From NCBI GenBank assembly GCA_015057425.1, contig SVEL01000011.1:5518-69517 (forward strand): a DNA stretch of 64,000 nt, given 5' to 3'. This DNA is from Lachnospiraceae bacterium. GTDB lineage: Bacteria > Bacillota > Clostridia > Lachnospirales > Lachnospiraceae. The first letter of the stretch is position 1. Every line of letters begins with the position of its first letter. Below are positions 1 to 10,594 of the stretch, one piece after another. The position numbers and the translations under genes are program-made. The notes below the pieces were generated by a model. It did no database searches. It saw only the letters and a program-made list of their open reading frames with translations, and was not told the DNA's origin.

Positions 1-134
1 GACAGACATTATAAGAAACGGACGTTTTGTACTTGAAGGATGCGAAGAACTTAATAAGCCTTTTGAGCAAAATAATTAATTTGAAATTTACACAAATTTA
101 ACGAAAAATCCCAATTTTAAAAGGTCTAAAATTG

Positions 135-163
135 TTGACTTGACAAGGGATATAAAGTAAAAT
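135..163 (+). promoter_or_regulatory. putative sigma-A promoter for the purE operon
   Basis: TTGACT (135-140), 17 nt spacer, TAAAAT (158-163), about 60 nt upstream of the purE ATG. Confidence 0.45.
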
Positions 164-223
164 GAAAGTCGGAGTAGTTTCAAACTCTGAATATAAAATT
201 AGACACAAAAGGAGAATTTACAC

Positions 224-730
224 ATGGCTAAAGTTGGTATTATCATGGGTAGTGATTCAGATCTTGAAATCATGAGCAAAGCAGCAGAGGTACTTGAACA
301 GTTAGGCGTTGATTACGAGATGACAATTATTTCCGCACATAGAATGCCGGATATATTTTACGATTATGCAAAATCAGCAGAAGAGAAAGGTATGAAGGTT
401 ATCATTGCAGGAGCAGGCGGCGCCGCTCATTTGCCGGGTATGTGTGCAGCAATCTTCCCTATGCCTGTAGTAGGTGTACCTATTTATACAAAATCATTAG
501 GCGGTGTAGACTCACTTTATTCTATAGTGCAGATGCCGGGCGGAATACCTGTTGCAACAGTTGCTATTAACGGCGGACTTAATGCAGGTCTTCTTGCGGC
601 AAAGATTCTTGCTACATCTGATGAAGAACTTTTAGGAAAGCTTAAAGCATATTCTGAAAGTATGAAGGAAAAGGTTGTAGAAAAGGCTGAAAAGCTTGAA
701 AAAATCGGTTATAAAGAATATTTAAAATAG
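224..730 (+). CDS. purE: N5-carboxyaminoimidazole ribonucleotide mutase
   Basis: 168 aa. Typical PurE motifs GSDSD, ISAHR and AGGAAHLPG. GGAG RBS upstream. Confidence 0.95.
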   Translation: MAKVGIIMGSDSDLEIMSKAAEVLEQLGVDYEMTIISAHRMPDIFYDYAKSAEEKGMKVIIAGAGGAAHLPGMCAAIFPMPVVGVPIYTKSLGGVDSLYSIVQMPGGIPVATVAINGGLNAGLLAAKILATSDEELLGKLKAYSESMKEKVVEKAEKLEKIGYKEYLK

Positions 731-777
731 AAGTTCCGAAGTGAACGATATTTAACGACAGAAAGGATGAAATTATT

Positions 778-1803
778 ATGGATTATAAGAAAGCCGGAGT
801 AGATATTGAAGCGGGCTATAAGTCAGTAGAATTAATGAAAGAACACGTAAAGAAAACTATGAGACCGGAAGTTTTAGGCGGACTTGGCGGATTCTCAGGA
901 GCTTTTTCATTAAGTGCTATTAAGGATATGGAAAATCCTATTCTTTTATCAGGAACAGACGGATGCGGAACAAAAGTTAAGTTGGCATTCTTGATGGATA
1001 AGCATGATACAATCGGTATTGATGCAGTAGCTATGTGCGTAAACGATGTTGTATGTGCAGGTGGCGAGCCATTATTCTTCTTGGATTATATTGCCTGTGG
1101 TAAGAACTATCCTGAAAAAATCGCAACTATCGTATCAGGTGTGGCTGAAGGATGTATTCAGTCAGGCTGCGCTCTTGTAGGTGGTGAAACAGCTGAACAT
1201 CCGGGTCTTATGCCTGAAGATGAATATGATATTGCAGGATTTGCAGTAGGTGTGGTTGATGAAAAAGATTTAATCACAGGAGCTAATATTAAGGCCGGTG
1301 ATACAATTATCGGTATTGCATCATCAGGTGTACATAGTAATGGTTTCTCCCTTGTAAGAAAAGTTTTCAAGATTACAGAAGAAAGCTTAAATACATATTA
1401 TGATGCGCTTGGAAAGACTCTTGGAGAAGCACTTCTTGTTCCTACAAGAATATATGTTAAGGCCCTTAAGAGTGTTAAAAATGCAGGCGTTACAATTAAA
1501 GGATGCAGCCATATTACAGGCGGCGGATTCTATGAGAATATTCCAAGAATGCTTCCTGACGGTGTAAGAGCTGTTGTTAAGAAGGATAGTTATGAAATTC
1601 CTGCTATTTTCAAAATGCTTTCAGAAGATGGAGATATAGCAGAGGAAATGATGTACAATACATTCAATATGGGTATCGGTATGATGCTTGTTGTTGATTC
1701 TGCTGATGTAGAAAAGACACTTAGTGCACTTAAGTCAGCAGGTGATGAAGCTTATGTTATAGGTCACATTGAAGCAGGAGAAAAGGGAGTAACATTATGC
1801 TAA
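778..1803 (+). CDS. purM: phosphoribosylformylglycinamidine cyclo-ligase (AIR synthetase)
   Basis: 341 aa. N-terminus [18 protein letters not shown] and GGETAE motifs typical of PurM. Confidence 0.95.
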   Translation: MDYKKAGVDIEAGYKSVELMKEHVKKTMRPEVLGGLGGFSGAFSLSAIKDMENPILLSGTDGCGTKVKLAFLMDKHDTIGIDAVAMCVNDVVCAGGEPLFFLDYIACGKNYPEKIATIVSGVAEGCIQSGCALVGGETAEHPGLMPEDEYDIAGFAVGVVDEKDLITGANIKAGDTIIGIASSGVHSNGFSLVRKVFKITEESLNTYYDALGKTLGEALLVPTRIYVKALKSVKNAGVTIKGCSHITGGGFYENIPRMLPDGVRAVVKKDSYEIPAIFKMLSEDGDIAEEMMYNTFNMGIGMMLVVDSADVEKTLSALKSAGDEAYVIGHIEAGEKGVTLC

Positions 1804-2423
1804 AAGTTGGGGTTCTTGTATCAGGCGGAGGAACAAACTTACAGGCAATTATAGATAGTATTGGTAATGGTGACATTACCAATACTTCTATTGAAGTAGT
1901 TATAAGTAACAACAAAAACGCATATGCATTAGAACGTGCTAAGAATGCAGGTATTGATGCAGTGTGTATATCACCAAAGGATTATGCAGACAGGGCAGAT
2001 TTTAATAAGGCATTGATAGAATGTCTTGATGAATATGCCCTTGATTTAGTTGTACTTGCAGGCTGTCTTGTAGTTCTTCCGGAAGAATTAATCAGAAAAT
2101 ATAAAAACAGAATTATTAATATTCATCCATCACTTATTCCTGCATTTTGCGGTACAGGTTTTTACGGACTTAAAGTTCATGAGGCAGCTTTGGAACGAGG
2201 AGTGAAGGTAGTAGGTGCAACTGTTCATTTTGTAGATGAAGGAACAGATACGGGACCGATTATTTTCCAGAAACCGGTTATGGTTGAAGACGGAGATACA
2301 GCAAAGGTTCTTCAGCAGAGAGTTATGGAAGAGGCAGAATGGAAGATACTTCCTATGGCTATTGATTATATTGCCAACGGAAGAGTTGAGATTGACGAAA
2401 ACAATAAGGTACATATAAAATAG
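1797..2423 (+). CDS. purN: phosphoribosylglycinamide formyltransferase
   Basis: 208 aa. [12 protein letters not shown] and [10 protein letters not shown] motifs. Its start overlaps the purM stop (ATGCTAA), which suggests translational coupling. Confidence 0.93.
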   Translation: MLKVGVLVSGGGTNLQAIIDSIGNGDITNTSIEVVISNNKNAYALERAKNAGIDAVCISPKDYADRADFNKALIECLDEYALDLVVLAGCLVVLPEELIRKYKNRIINIHPSLIPAFCGTGFYGLKVHEAALERGVKVVGATVHFVDEGTDTGPIIFQKPVMVEDGDTAKVLQQRVMEEAEWKILPMAIDYIANGRVEIDENNKVHIK

Positions 2424-2454
2424 TTACCATTTTAAGAAGAAAGGTTGAAAAGAT

Positions 2455-3726
2455 ATGAAGGTTTTAATCGTAGGAAGCGGCGGAAGAGAACATGCAATTG
2501 CATGGAAAGTAGCTCAGAGCAAGAAGGTTACAAAGATATATTGTGCACCGGGAAATGCAGGTATCAGTGAATTTGCAGAGTGCGTAAATATCGGTGCCAT
2601 GGAATTTGATAAATTAGTAGCATTTGCTAAAGAAAATGAAATTGACCTTACTGTAATCGGTATGGATGACCCACTTGTAGGTGGCGTGGTTGATGCATTT
2701 GAAAAGGAAGGCTTACGTGTATTCGGACCAAGAAAGAATGCTGCCATATTAGAGGGTTCTAAAGCATTTTCAAAGGACCTTATGAAAAAGTATAATATTC
2801 CTACAGCTGCATACGAAAACTTCGATTCACCGGAAGCTGCCCTTAAGTATCTTGAAACAGCTAAGATGCCTATAGTTTTAAAGGCTGACGGCCTTGCTCT
2901 TGGTAAAGGTGTACTTATATGTAATACAAGAGAAGAAGCTATGGAAGGTGTTAAGACCCTTATGCTTGATAAGCAGTTTGGTGACGCCGGAAATACAATT
3001 GTTATAGAAGAGTTTATGACAGGAAGAGAAGTGTCTGTATTATCATTTGTTGACGGTAATACTATTAAGATAATGACATCTGCACAGGATCATAAGCGTG
3101 CCAAAGATGGTGACCAAGGGCTCAATACCGGAGGTATGGGAACGTTTTCACCAAGTCCTTTCTATACAAAGGAAGTAGATGATTTCTGCCGGAAATATAT
3201 TTATCAGGCATCGGTAGATGCTATGAAAGCAGAAGGCAGAGAATTTAAAGGCATTATTTTCTTTGGGCTTATGCTTACAGAAGAGGGACCAAAGGTTCTT
3301 GAATACAATGCAAGATTTGGTGATCCTGAGACACAGGTTGTACTTCCACGTATGAAAAATGATATTGTAGAAGTGTTTGAGGCTTGTATTGACGGAACTC
3401 TTGATAAGATTGATTTACAGTTTGAAGACAATGCTGCAGTTTGTGTAGTTCTTGCTTCAGACGGTTATCCTGAACATTATGAAAAAGGTTTTAAAATCAC
3501 AGGTTTTGAAAACTTTAAGGACAAAGAAGGCTACTATGTTTTCCATGCGGGAACAAAGTTTGACGGAGATAATATAGTTACAAATGGTGGTAGAGTATTA
3601 GGTGTTGTTGCGAAGGGTGAAAATCTTAAAGCAGCAAGAGCTGAAGCTTACGAAGCAACAAAACTCATTGAATTTGAAAATAAATACATGAGAAATGATA
3701 TCGGAAAGGCAATCGATGAAGCTTAG
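2455..3726 (+). CDS. purD: phosphoribosylamine-glycine ligase (GAR synthetase)
   Basis: 423 aa. MKVLIVGSGGREHAIAWK N-terminus and ATP-grasp core. Confidence 0.95.
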   Translation: MKVLIVGSGGREHAIAWKVAQSKKVTKIYCAPGNAGISEFAECVNIGAMEFDKLVAFAKENEIDLTVIGMDDPLVGGVVDAFEKEGLRVFGPRKNAAILEGSKAFSKDLMKKYNIPTAAYENFDSPEAALKYLETAKMPIVLKADGLALGKGVLICNTREEAMEGVKTLMLDKQFGDAGNTIVIEEFMTGREVSVLSFVDGNTIKIMTSAQDHKRAKDGDQGLNTGGMGTFSPSPFYTKEVDDFCRKYIYQASVDAMKAEGREFKGIIFFGLMLTEEGPKVLEYNARFGDPETQVVLPRMKNDIVEVFEACIDGTLDKIDLQFEDNAAVCVVLASDGYPEHYEKGFKITGFENFKDKEGYYVFHAGTKFDGDNIVTNGGRVLGVVAKGENLKAARAEAYEATKLIEFENKYMRNDIGKAIDEA

Positions 3727-5755
3727 AAAGAAGATTATGTCATTTGTGGGAATTATACTTATAGTTTCCATAGTGGCCGGATATATTAATCCCATAACAA
3801 TTGCATATGGCTATGAGTCTAAAAATGCACGTGTTTCTGTTAATACAGGTTATAAAGTTAATATCAGGCAGGGTGCAGGCACATCCTTTGAAGTACTGAA
3901 AAGCAGTACGGGAAGTTCAGTTCAGTTGTCAAATGGTCACAGTGTGACTATTATCAATGAACAAAATGCCAGTGACGGTATGCTTTGGTACAATATAACT
4001 TTTAAGTATACAGACGGAGAAGTATATACCGGATATATACATAGCAATTATATAATAATAGAAGAAATCGATTATGAAGAAGACGGAGACTTTGAGGAAT
4101 ATTTGGATGAACAGGAATTTCCTGAAAGTTACAAAGAAGAACTGCGTCTGTTACATGCGAAGTATCCTAATTGGGTATTTGTAGCGGATCATCTTGATTA
4201 CGAATGGGATGAAGTTGTTAAAGCAGAAAGTAAGTTGGGCAGAAATCTTGTTTATACCGGTTCTATAAGTTCGTGGAAATCAATTCAGACGGGAGCGTTT
4301 GACTGGGTTAACAATAAATGGGTAGGCTTTGACAGTGACTCATGGGTTGCTGCATCTAAGGAAATTATTGCGTATTATCTTGATCCGAGAAATTTCCTTG
4401 ATGAGAAGTATGTTTTTCAGTTTGAATTACTTTCATATAATGCAGATTATCAGTCTGCAGAAGGACTTGCCAATATCTTAAGCGGAACTTTTATGGATGG
4501 GACGACTATAGATGACGAAGGTACCACATATTCCCAAGCAATAATGGATGCGGCGGCAGTTTCTGGGGTGAGCCCATATCATTTGGCTGCAAGTATTATA
4601 CAGGAACAGGGTTCCGGCGGAGGTTCGGGCAGTATATCAGGCCAGGTGGCAGGTTATGAAGGAATATACAATTATTATAACTGGGGAGCATATGCTGCAA
4701 ATGGTAATTCGGCAGTTAAAAACGGACTTATTTATTCATCAAAGACTGATGAGGCTACTATGAGACCATGGAATACAAGATATAAGTCTATAGTAGGCGG
4801 GGCTATTAAAAAAGGCGCTGAATATATTAATATAGGTCAGGATACTCAGTATTATATAAAGTTTGACTTTGTCGGAACGCCATATACACATCAGTATATG
4901 ACCAATATTCAGGCGGCGGCAAGTGAAGGATATATCGGCTCACAGGCATATACGGAAGAAATGAAAAGTCAGATGCAGATTGTGTTTAAGATACCTGTAT
5001 TTGAAAATATGCCGGAAGAAAATGTACCAATTCCTACAAAGACAGGTAATCCGAACAATTATCTTAAGGAACTTAAAGTAGAAGGTGTGGATATTACACC
5101 AACATTTTTATATTCTACAACAGCATATGACGCGGTTGTGGGATATGATGTTTCGAGTGTAAGTATCAGTGCGACTGCTATAGATTCTAAGGCAAAGATT
5201 ACCGGTACGGGAGTTGTGGAACTTGCAGAAGGGTCAAATGTCATAAAGGTAGTTGTTAAGGCAGAAAATGGTTCGTCGAGAACTTATACAATTACAATTA
5301 TAAGAGAAGAAGCACCGAAGATTCCCGAAGGAGTGTTTGATATTACATCAGAGGAATACTTGATAAGTGATATTATCACCGGTGTAATGCCATCCACAAA
5401 TCAGGATGTTTTTATAAATAAATTTAATGTAACAAACGGAAGCGTTAAAGTTTTAAATGCAAAGGGAGAGGAATTCTCAGGTGCATTGGGAACAGGATGT
5501 AAGTTAGCAACTTATGATTTAAAAGGCGAACTTGTAAAAGAGTATTCCATTATTGTTTATGGTGATGTAAATGGTGACGGAGAGATAGCACTTTTAGATC
5601 TACTTAAGATAAAGAAACATATACTTGGCTCAAGCGAACTTGAAGGTGTATATGCGACAGCAGCCAATGTAAATAAAAAGGAAGATGGTATAACCATTTT
5701 AGATTATTTGAAAGTGAAGAAACATATATTAGGTTCAAGTATTATTGAACAGTAA
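3716..5755 (+). CDS. secreted cell-wall hydrolase candidate: SH3-like, glucosaminidase-like, cadherin-like beta-sandwich and C-terminal dockerin-like repeat pair
   Basis: The ORF track starts at 3695, inside purD. I prefer ATG 3716 (MKLRKKIMSFVGIILIV signal/TM). SPYHLAASIIQEQG...YNYYNWGAY resembles N-acetylglucosaminidase domains. The C-terminus DVNGDGEIALLDLLKIKKHILG ... NKKEDGITILDYLKVKKHILG is a duplicated dockerin-type Ca-binding repeat. Confidence 0.7.
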   Translation: MKLRKKIMSFVGIILIVSIVAGYINPITIAYGYESKNARVSVNTGYKVNIRQGAGTSFEVLKSSTGSSVQLSNGHSVTIINEQNASDGMLWYNITFKYTDGEVYTGYIHSNYIIIEEIDYEEDGDFEEYLDEQEFPESYKEELRLLHAKYPNWVFVADHLDYEWDEVVKAESKLGRNLVYTGSISSWKSIQTGAFDWVNNKWVGFDSDSWVAASKEIIAYYLDPRNFLDEKYVFQFELLSYNADYQSAEGLANILSGTFMDGTTIDDEGTTYSQAIMDAAAVSGVSPYHLAASIIQEQGSGGGSGSISGQVAGYEGIYNYYNWGAYAANGNSAVKNGLIYSSKTDEATMRPWNTRYKSIVGGAIKKGAEYINIGQDTQYYIKFDFVGTPYTHQYMTNIQAAASEGYIGSQAYTEEMKSQMQIVFKIPVFENMPEENVPIPTKTGNPNNYLKELKVEGVDITPTFLYSTTAYDAVVGYDVSSVSISATAIDSKAKITGTGVVELAEGSNVIKVVVKAENGSSRTYTITIIREEAPKIPEGVFDITSEEYLISDIITGVMPSTNQDVFINKFNVTNGSVKVLNAKGEEFSGALGTGCKLATYDLKGELVKEYSIIVYGDVNGDGEIALLDLLKIKKHILGSSELEGVYATAANVNKKEDGITILDYLKVKKHILGSSIIEQ

Positions 5756-5794
5756 GATAGTAACGGTTGTATGAAGGAAGAGAGGATATGAAAT

Positions 5795-7870
5795 ATGACC
5801 TTTAATTATATGAAAAAAACAATATTTACTCTTTGCGTAATTGTTTTTAGCATGTTGATGGTTAAGGCGGTTTATGCTTCTGAGGCAAAGATTTCTGTTA
5901 GTACAGAGTCTGTTGTGGAAGGCGCAAATGTAACAGTGACGGTAACAGTTACGTCAGACGGCAATATTGGAGTTGGCGATTTGTGGTTAACATATGATGC
6001 TTCGGTGATATCTTATTATTCAGGTGCTGATAGTACTGGAGATACAGGAAGCATACGACTTATGATAGAGGGCGACGGAACCGTAAAGGAAGTAAAGCGT
6101 CAAATTGTATTTGTCGGAAAGAAAGCAGGTACAACTGAAATTAAAGTACAGTCGGGATGCGAGATGTACGATTATGATACAGAAGAACTTATGACTGTAT
6201 CATCAGTGGCCGGCAAAGTAACAGTCACAACGCCTGTAGTTGCATCAGATGATAATACGCTTAAAAAACTTGTAGTATATGGTGTAGATAAAAATGGTGA
6301 CAGTCATAAGCTTACACTTAGTCCGAGCTTTTCAAAAAATAAGACAGAGTATAAACTTGAAGTCGGAGCAGATATAACTAAGTTATCTGTTACAGCAACC
6401 ACCAATGATTCAAAAGCAACAGTAAAAACAAGTGGGTTGAAATTATCTGAAGGTGATAATGTAACAACTATAAAAGTTACTGCTGAAAACGGAGATTCCA
6501 AGACATACTATATCTATACGGAAAAAGAAGAAAGTAAGGAAGAAGAAACGACAAAACCACCGAAAGAGGAAGAAACAACAAAACCTGTGGTGGATGATAC
6601 AGAATATATAGAATTGGTTATAGGCGAAGCTATAAAATATATGCCTGTAAAACTTGGAAAAACTGTACTTCCTGAAGGGTTTGAAAAATGTGAATACTCC
6701 TATGGGGACAAGGTAGTAGAAGGCGCAAGAGGTTTATCGAAAGATATATTGATTTTCTATATTCTTGATGAAAATAAAGAAAACGGTAAATTTTATATAT
6801 ATAATGAAACGACAAAATTATTTTATGTAATGATTAATGTTCAGACCGGCGGAAAGATGTATACGTTGGTGACACCGCCTGCTGAACTTGAAATACCGGA
6901 AGGTTTTGCAGAATCTACGGTTACTATTGAAGGTGAAGAAACATTGGCATGGACATATGGTGAGGTATCTGACTTTGTCTATGTATATGCAATGAACTGG
7001 GATGGTCAGAGTGCAATATATTCCTATGATACAGTTGAAAAGACTATGCAGCGTGTATCGGAATATGCCGGTTCCTCAGACCTTGTAAGTAAAGTAGAAA
7101 GTCTTGAAAATGAAATTAAAAATCATCTTTCAACGATTGAGTCACAAAAAAATACAATTGAAGAATTTAATAAATTCAAGAAAAATGTAATCATCGGTGC
7201 AGTTATAATTTTTATCCTTCTTTTGGGAATGCTAATATGGAACCTGATTACTAAGATTGCGGCACGAATGGATAAAAAGGATGAAGAAGCTGCAACTGAA
7301 GAAAATGCAAAGAAAGATGTAAACACAGCAGAACTGGAAACAGCGGTGGAAGTTCCTGTTGCGGCTGTGATTGATAATAAAGAAGAGTCTGTAGAAGAAA
7401 CAGCTGTAGAAGAAACAGCTGCAGAAGAAACAGCTGTAGAAGAAACAGCTGTAGAAGAAACATGTGTAGAGGAAACACATATAGAGGCAACATATGTAGA
7501 AGAAACACATGTAGAAGAGCCACTTGTAGAAAAAACAGCTATAGAAGAAACACCGGAAATTCCTGAGAATGTTGTAATTACACCGGAAAATTCTATAGAA
7601 AAAGAAAAAATGATTCCGGCTACGGAAGCAGAACCGGGCTTTAAATATGATGCCGAAGAAACAGTCGACAGAAACAAGATGGTTCCGGATGATTCGGAAT
7701 TTGTGGAAAAAGAAGAAATGATGGCTGAAGGCATGGAAGAAAATGTCATAATCAGCAGACTTGCGGATGAGGAAATTGAAAGTCTTACATTGGACATTGA
7801 GCCATTGGATATTGATGCCACAGAAGCTATTATAGACAGTTTACTTAATTTTGAGCTGGATGAAGATTAA
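5795..7870 (+). CDS. membrane-anchored protein with N-terminal cohesin-like domain, cadherin-like beta-sandwich, one TM helix and an acidic repeat tail
   Basis: 691 aa with a signal peptide. KISVSTESVVEGANVTVTVTVTSDGNIGVGDLWLTYDASVIS fits the cohesin pattern. Single TM helix VIIGAVIIFILLLGMLIWNLI. The C-terminal ~200 aa are highly acidic. Confidence 0.6.
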   Translation: MTFNYMKKTIFTLCVIVFSMLMVKAVYASEAKISVSTESVVEGANVTVTVTVTSDGNIGVGDLWLTYDASVISYYSGADSTGDTGSIRLMIEGDGTVKEVKRQIVFVGKKAGTTEIKVQSGCEMYDYDTEELMTVSSVAGKVTVTTPVVASDDNTLKKLVVYGVDKNGDSHKLTLSPSFSKNKTEYKLEVGADITKLSVTATTNDSKATVKTSGLKLSEGDNVTTIKVTAENGDSKTYYIYTEKEESKEEETTKPPKEEETTKPVVDDTEYIELVIGEAIKYMPVKLGKTVLPEGFEKCEYSYGDKVVEGARGLSKDILIFYILDENKENGKFYIYNETTKLFYVMINVQTGGKMYTLVTPPAELEIPEGFAESTVTIEGEETLAWTYGEVSDFVYVYAMNWDGQSAIYSYDTVEKTMQRVSEYAGSSDLVSKVESLENEIKNHLSTIESQKNTIEEFNKFKKNVIIGAVIIFILLLGMLIWNLITKIAARMDKKDEEAATEENAKKDVNTAELETAVEVPVAAVIDNKEESVEETAVEETAAEETAVEETAVEETCVEETHIEATYVEETHVEEPLVEKTAIEETPEIPENVVITPENSIEKEKMIPATEAEPGFKYDAEETVDRNKMVPDDSEFVEKEEMMAEGMEENVIISRLADEEIESLTLDIEPLDIDATEAIIDSLLNFELDED
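7391..7550 (+). repeat. in-frame 15 bp tandem repeat (about 10 units, unit gtagaagaaacagct = VEETA), degenerating toward the 3' end
   Basis: Read directly: VEETAVEETAAEETAVEETAVEETCVEETHIEATYVEETHVEE. Confidence 0.85.
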
Positions 7871-7895
7871 GATGAAAAATGTTGCGAGGTGACAT

Positions 7896-10343
7896 ATGAA
7901 AGGAAAGTTTACTAAGAGCGCAGTACTTGCAATTGAATATGCACATGATGTTGCCATAGAAATGGAAAAAGGTGTTATCGGTACAGAACATTTGCTTATT
8001 GGTCTGGTAAGAGTAGCTGATGGCACTGCATCCAAGGTGTTGGCTAATTATGGAATAAATGACGAAAAGCTTACTGAACTGGTTAAGAGATTTTCTGCAC
8101 CTATGAAAACAGTGATTCTTGGTGAACCGGAAGGCTTTTCGCCAAGAGCGGAAGAAGCTATAGAAAGAAGCTATAAAGAAGCACAGAAATTTGGGCATAC
8201 ACAGGTTGGTACAGGTTACATTTTGCTTTCACTTATAAAGGAAACTGAATGTGCAGCAACAAGAATTCTTGTAACACTTGATGTTAATTTGCAGAAAGTG
8301 TTTGCAGATTTGTTGATGGCGATGGGAGCAAGTCCTGAAATGATGAAGGAAGAAGTTATGTCCATCAAAAATGCACAAAATAAGAAACAGGGTACTTCTA
8401 TGCTCGCACAGTATAGTCGTAATCTTACTGACCTTGCAAAAGAAGATAAGTTAGATCCTGTATTTGGTAGGGAAGATGAACTTCAGAGAGTTATTCAGAT
8501 TTTAAGCAGAAGAATAAAAAATAATCCGTGCCTTATAGGCGAGCCGGGAGTTGGAAAGACAGCCATTGTTGAGGCTCTTGCCATGAAAATTGTCAGAGGT
8601 GATGTTCCGCAGACTATATCAGACAAGAAACTTGTAACATTGGATTTATCAGCATTAGTAGCAGGTTCCAAGTATAGAGGTGAGTTTGAAGAACGTATTA
8701 AGAGAATTATATCTGAAGTATCCCAGGATAAAGATGTATTATTATTTATAGATGAAATTCATACTATTATAGGTGCCGGTGGTGCAGAAGGTGCAATTGA
8801 TGCATCAAATATATTAAAGCCTGCACTTGCAAGAGGAGAAATTCAGATAATAGGAGCAACAACTACTTCGGAATACAGAAAGTATTTTGAAAAAGATGCG
8901 GCTCTTGAAAGAAGATTCCAGCCTGTAACAGTAGAGGAAACAACTATAGAAGAAACAATTACTGTCTTAATGGGAATAAGAGAAAAATATGAAGAGCATC
9001 ACAATGTTATTATTGACGATGGCGCTGTAGAAGCAGCTGTACGTTTATCTGAAAGATATGTAAATGACAGATATTTACCGGATAAGGCAATTGACTTAAT
9101 GGATGAGGCTGCCTCAAAAGTTAATCTTGCGTCTCATACTATGCCGCCTGAGCTGGCAGAACTTGGAAAACAGATTGCAGAACTTGAAAAAGAAAAAGAA
9201 TTATATTTGTCTAAGGAAAAGTTTTCAAAGGTTTCTGAAATTATGAAGGAACAGGAAACACTTCGTAACAGAGAATATAATGAAAGAGTAAAATGGGAAA
9301 AAGATAAGCGTAACCGAAAGGCTGTTGTAACGGAAAATGATATAGCAGATGTAGTTGCCAAATGGACAAAAATACCTGTCAAAAAAATATCCGAAGGTGA
9401 AGGAAAACGTCTGAAAAATCTTGAAAAGACACTTCATGAAAGAGTAGTAGGACAGGATGAGGCAGTTACGGCAGTTGCTAAAGCTGTAAGACGAGGCAGA
9501 GTAGGACTTAAAGATCCAAAACGACCAATAGGCTCATTTTTATTCCTTGGGCCAACAGGTGTAGGTAAGACAGAACTTTCAAAAGCATTGTCAGAAGCTG
9601 TTTTTGGAACGGAGAACTCTATAATCAGAGTTGATATGTCTGAATATATGGAAAAACACAGTGTTTCAAAGATAATAGGTTCACCGCCGGGATATGTAGG
9701 ATTTGATGAAGGCGGACAGTTAAGTGAACGTGTACGCAGAAATCCATATTCAGTTGTGCTTTTTGATGAAATTGAAAAAGCACATTCAGATGTGTTTAAT
9801 ATCTTACTCCAGATACTTGATGACGGACATGTTACAGATTCTCAGGGAAGAAAAGTTAATTTTAAAAACACCATAATAATAATGACATCAAACACGGGAG
9901 CCACGAAAATTATAGAACCGAAAAAACTTGGTTTTGGTGCTACTGAAGATGAAAAGACTGATTATGAACGTATGAAGCAGAATGTTATGGAGGAAGTAAA
10001 GAAACTTTTTAAACCGGAATTTCTTAACAGAATAGATGAAACTATTGTGTTCCATCCGTTGAACAAAGATGATAATGTCAAAATTGCAGGTATTATGCTT
10101 AAAGAAATATCATCAAGAATCAGTAAACAGCTTGATATTAACTTAAATATAACAGCTGCGGCAAAGAAACACATAGTTGATAAGAGCTTTGATAAAAAGT
10201 ATGGTGCAAGACCGCTTCGAAGAGCTCTTCAGACAATGGTTGAAGACAGACTTGCGGAAGAAATACTTGACGGCAAGATAAGCAAAGGTGATACAGTGGT
10301 GGTTTCTGTTGCCGGAGGAGAATTAAAGTTTGCGGTAAAATAA
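7896..10343 (+). CDS. clpC: ATP-dependent Clp protease ATP-binding subunit ClpC
   Basis: 815 aa. Clp_N repeats, two AAA+ modules (GEPGVGKT, GPTGVGKT) and a UVR-like linker. Confidence 0.93.
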   Translation: MKGKFTKSAVLAIEYAHDVAIEMEKGVIGTEHLLIGLVRVADGTASKVLANYGINDEKLTELVKRFSAPMKTVILGEPEGFSPRAEEAIERSYKEAQKFGHTQVGTGYILLSLIKETECAATRILVTLDVNLQKVFADLLMAMGASPEMMKEEVMSIKNAQNKKQGTSMLAQYSRNLTDLAKEDKLDPVFGREDELQRVIQILSRRIKNNPCLIGEPGVGKTAIVEALAMKIVRGDVPQTISDKKLVTLDLSALVAGSKYRGEFEERIKRIISEVSQDKDVLLFIDEIHTIIGAGGAEGAIDASNILKPALARGEIQIIGATTTSEYRKYFEKDAALERRFQPVTVEETTIEETITVLMGIREKYEEHHNVIIDDGAVEAAVRLSERYVNDRYLPDKAIDLMDEAASKVNLASHTMPPELAELGKQIAELEKEKELYLSKEKFSKVSEIMKEQETLRNREYNERVKWEKDKRNRKAVVTENDIADVVAKWTKIPVKKISEGEGKRLKNLEKTLHERVVGQDEAVTAVAKAVRRGRVGLKDPKRPIGSFLFLGPTGVGKTELSKALSEAVFGTENSIIRVDMSEYMEKHSVSKIIGSPPGYVGFDEGGQLSERVRRNPYSVVLFDEIEKAHSDVFNILLQILDDGHVTDSQGRKVNFKNTIIIMTSNTGATKIIEPKKLGFGATEDEKTDYERMKQNVMEEVKKLFKPEFLNRIDETIVFHPLNKDDNVKIAGIMLKEISSRISKQLDINLNITAAAKKHIVDKSFDKKYGARPLRRALQTMVEDRLAEEILDGKISKGDTVVVSVAGGELKFAVK

Positions 10344-10348
10344 TTTAT

Positions 10349-10395
10349 AAAGCATCTTAAATGCCATAAAATGTGCATTTGAGGTGCTTTTTTAA
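10349..10395 (+). terminator. rho-independent terminator after clpC
   Basis: The aagcatcttaaatgc / gcatttgaggtgctt stem (with G-U pairs) followed by TTTTTT. Confidence 0.6.
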
Positions 10396-10594
10396 TGTGA
10401 TATGAAATTCCTATCACATTAAAAGCACTCGGCTGAGGATGCGTACCTCAGCTTAAGAAAATTATATACGTAAATTTATTAAATATGTAGAAAAACAATA
10501 AAAAATGTTGTATAATGAAGTAGTTAAAAGGGGTATTTTTTGCAATTATATAATAATAGGCGCTTTTTAAATATATTTCAGGAGGACAATTAAG

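Noticed and set aside
1-223. A purine riboswitch or PurR box upstream of purE, and a 26-codon open frame at 2-79 (TDIIRNGRFVLEGCEELNKPFEQNN).
   Set aside because: I could not find the conserved guanine-riboswitch junction sequences or a convincing PurBox. The short ORF fragment is too small to identify or support.
7391-7550. A CRISPR-like array.
   Set aside because: The repeats are 15 bp, contiguous with no spacers, in frame and inside a CDS. No CRISPR array was seen anywhere in the window.
7123-7821. Long antisense ORFs here (232 aa), and similar ones at 35813-36370, 40662-41153, 15429-15806, 24706-25218 and 23651-24172.
   Set aside because: They lie entirely opposite strongly supported genes and have low-complexity or Ser/Leu/Phe-rich composition typical of shadow frames. 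They have no RBS and I recognise no family.
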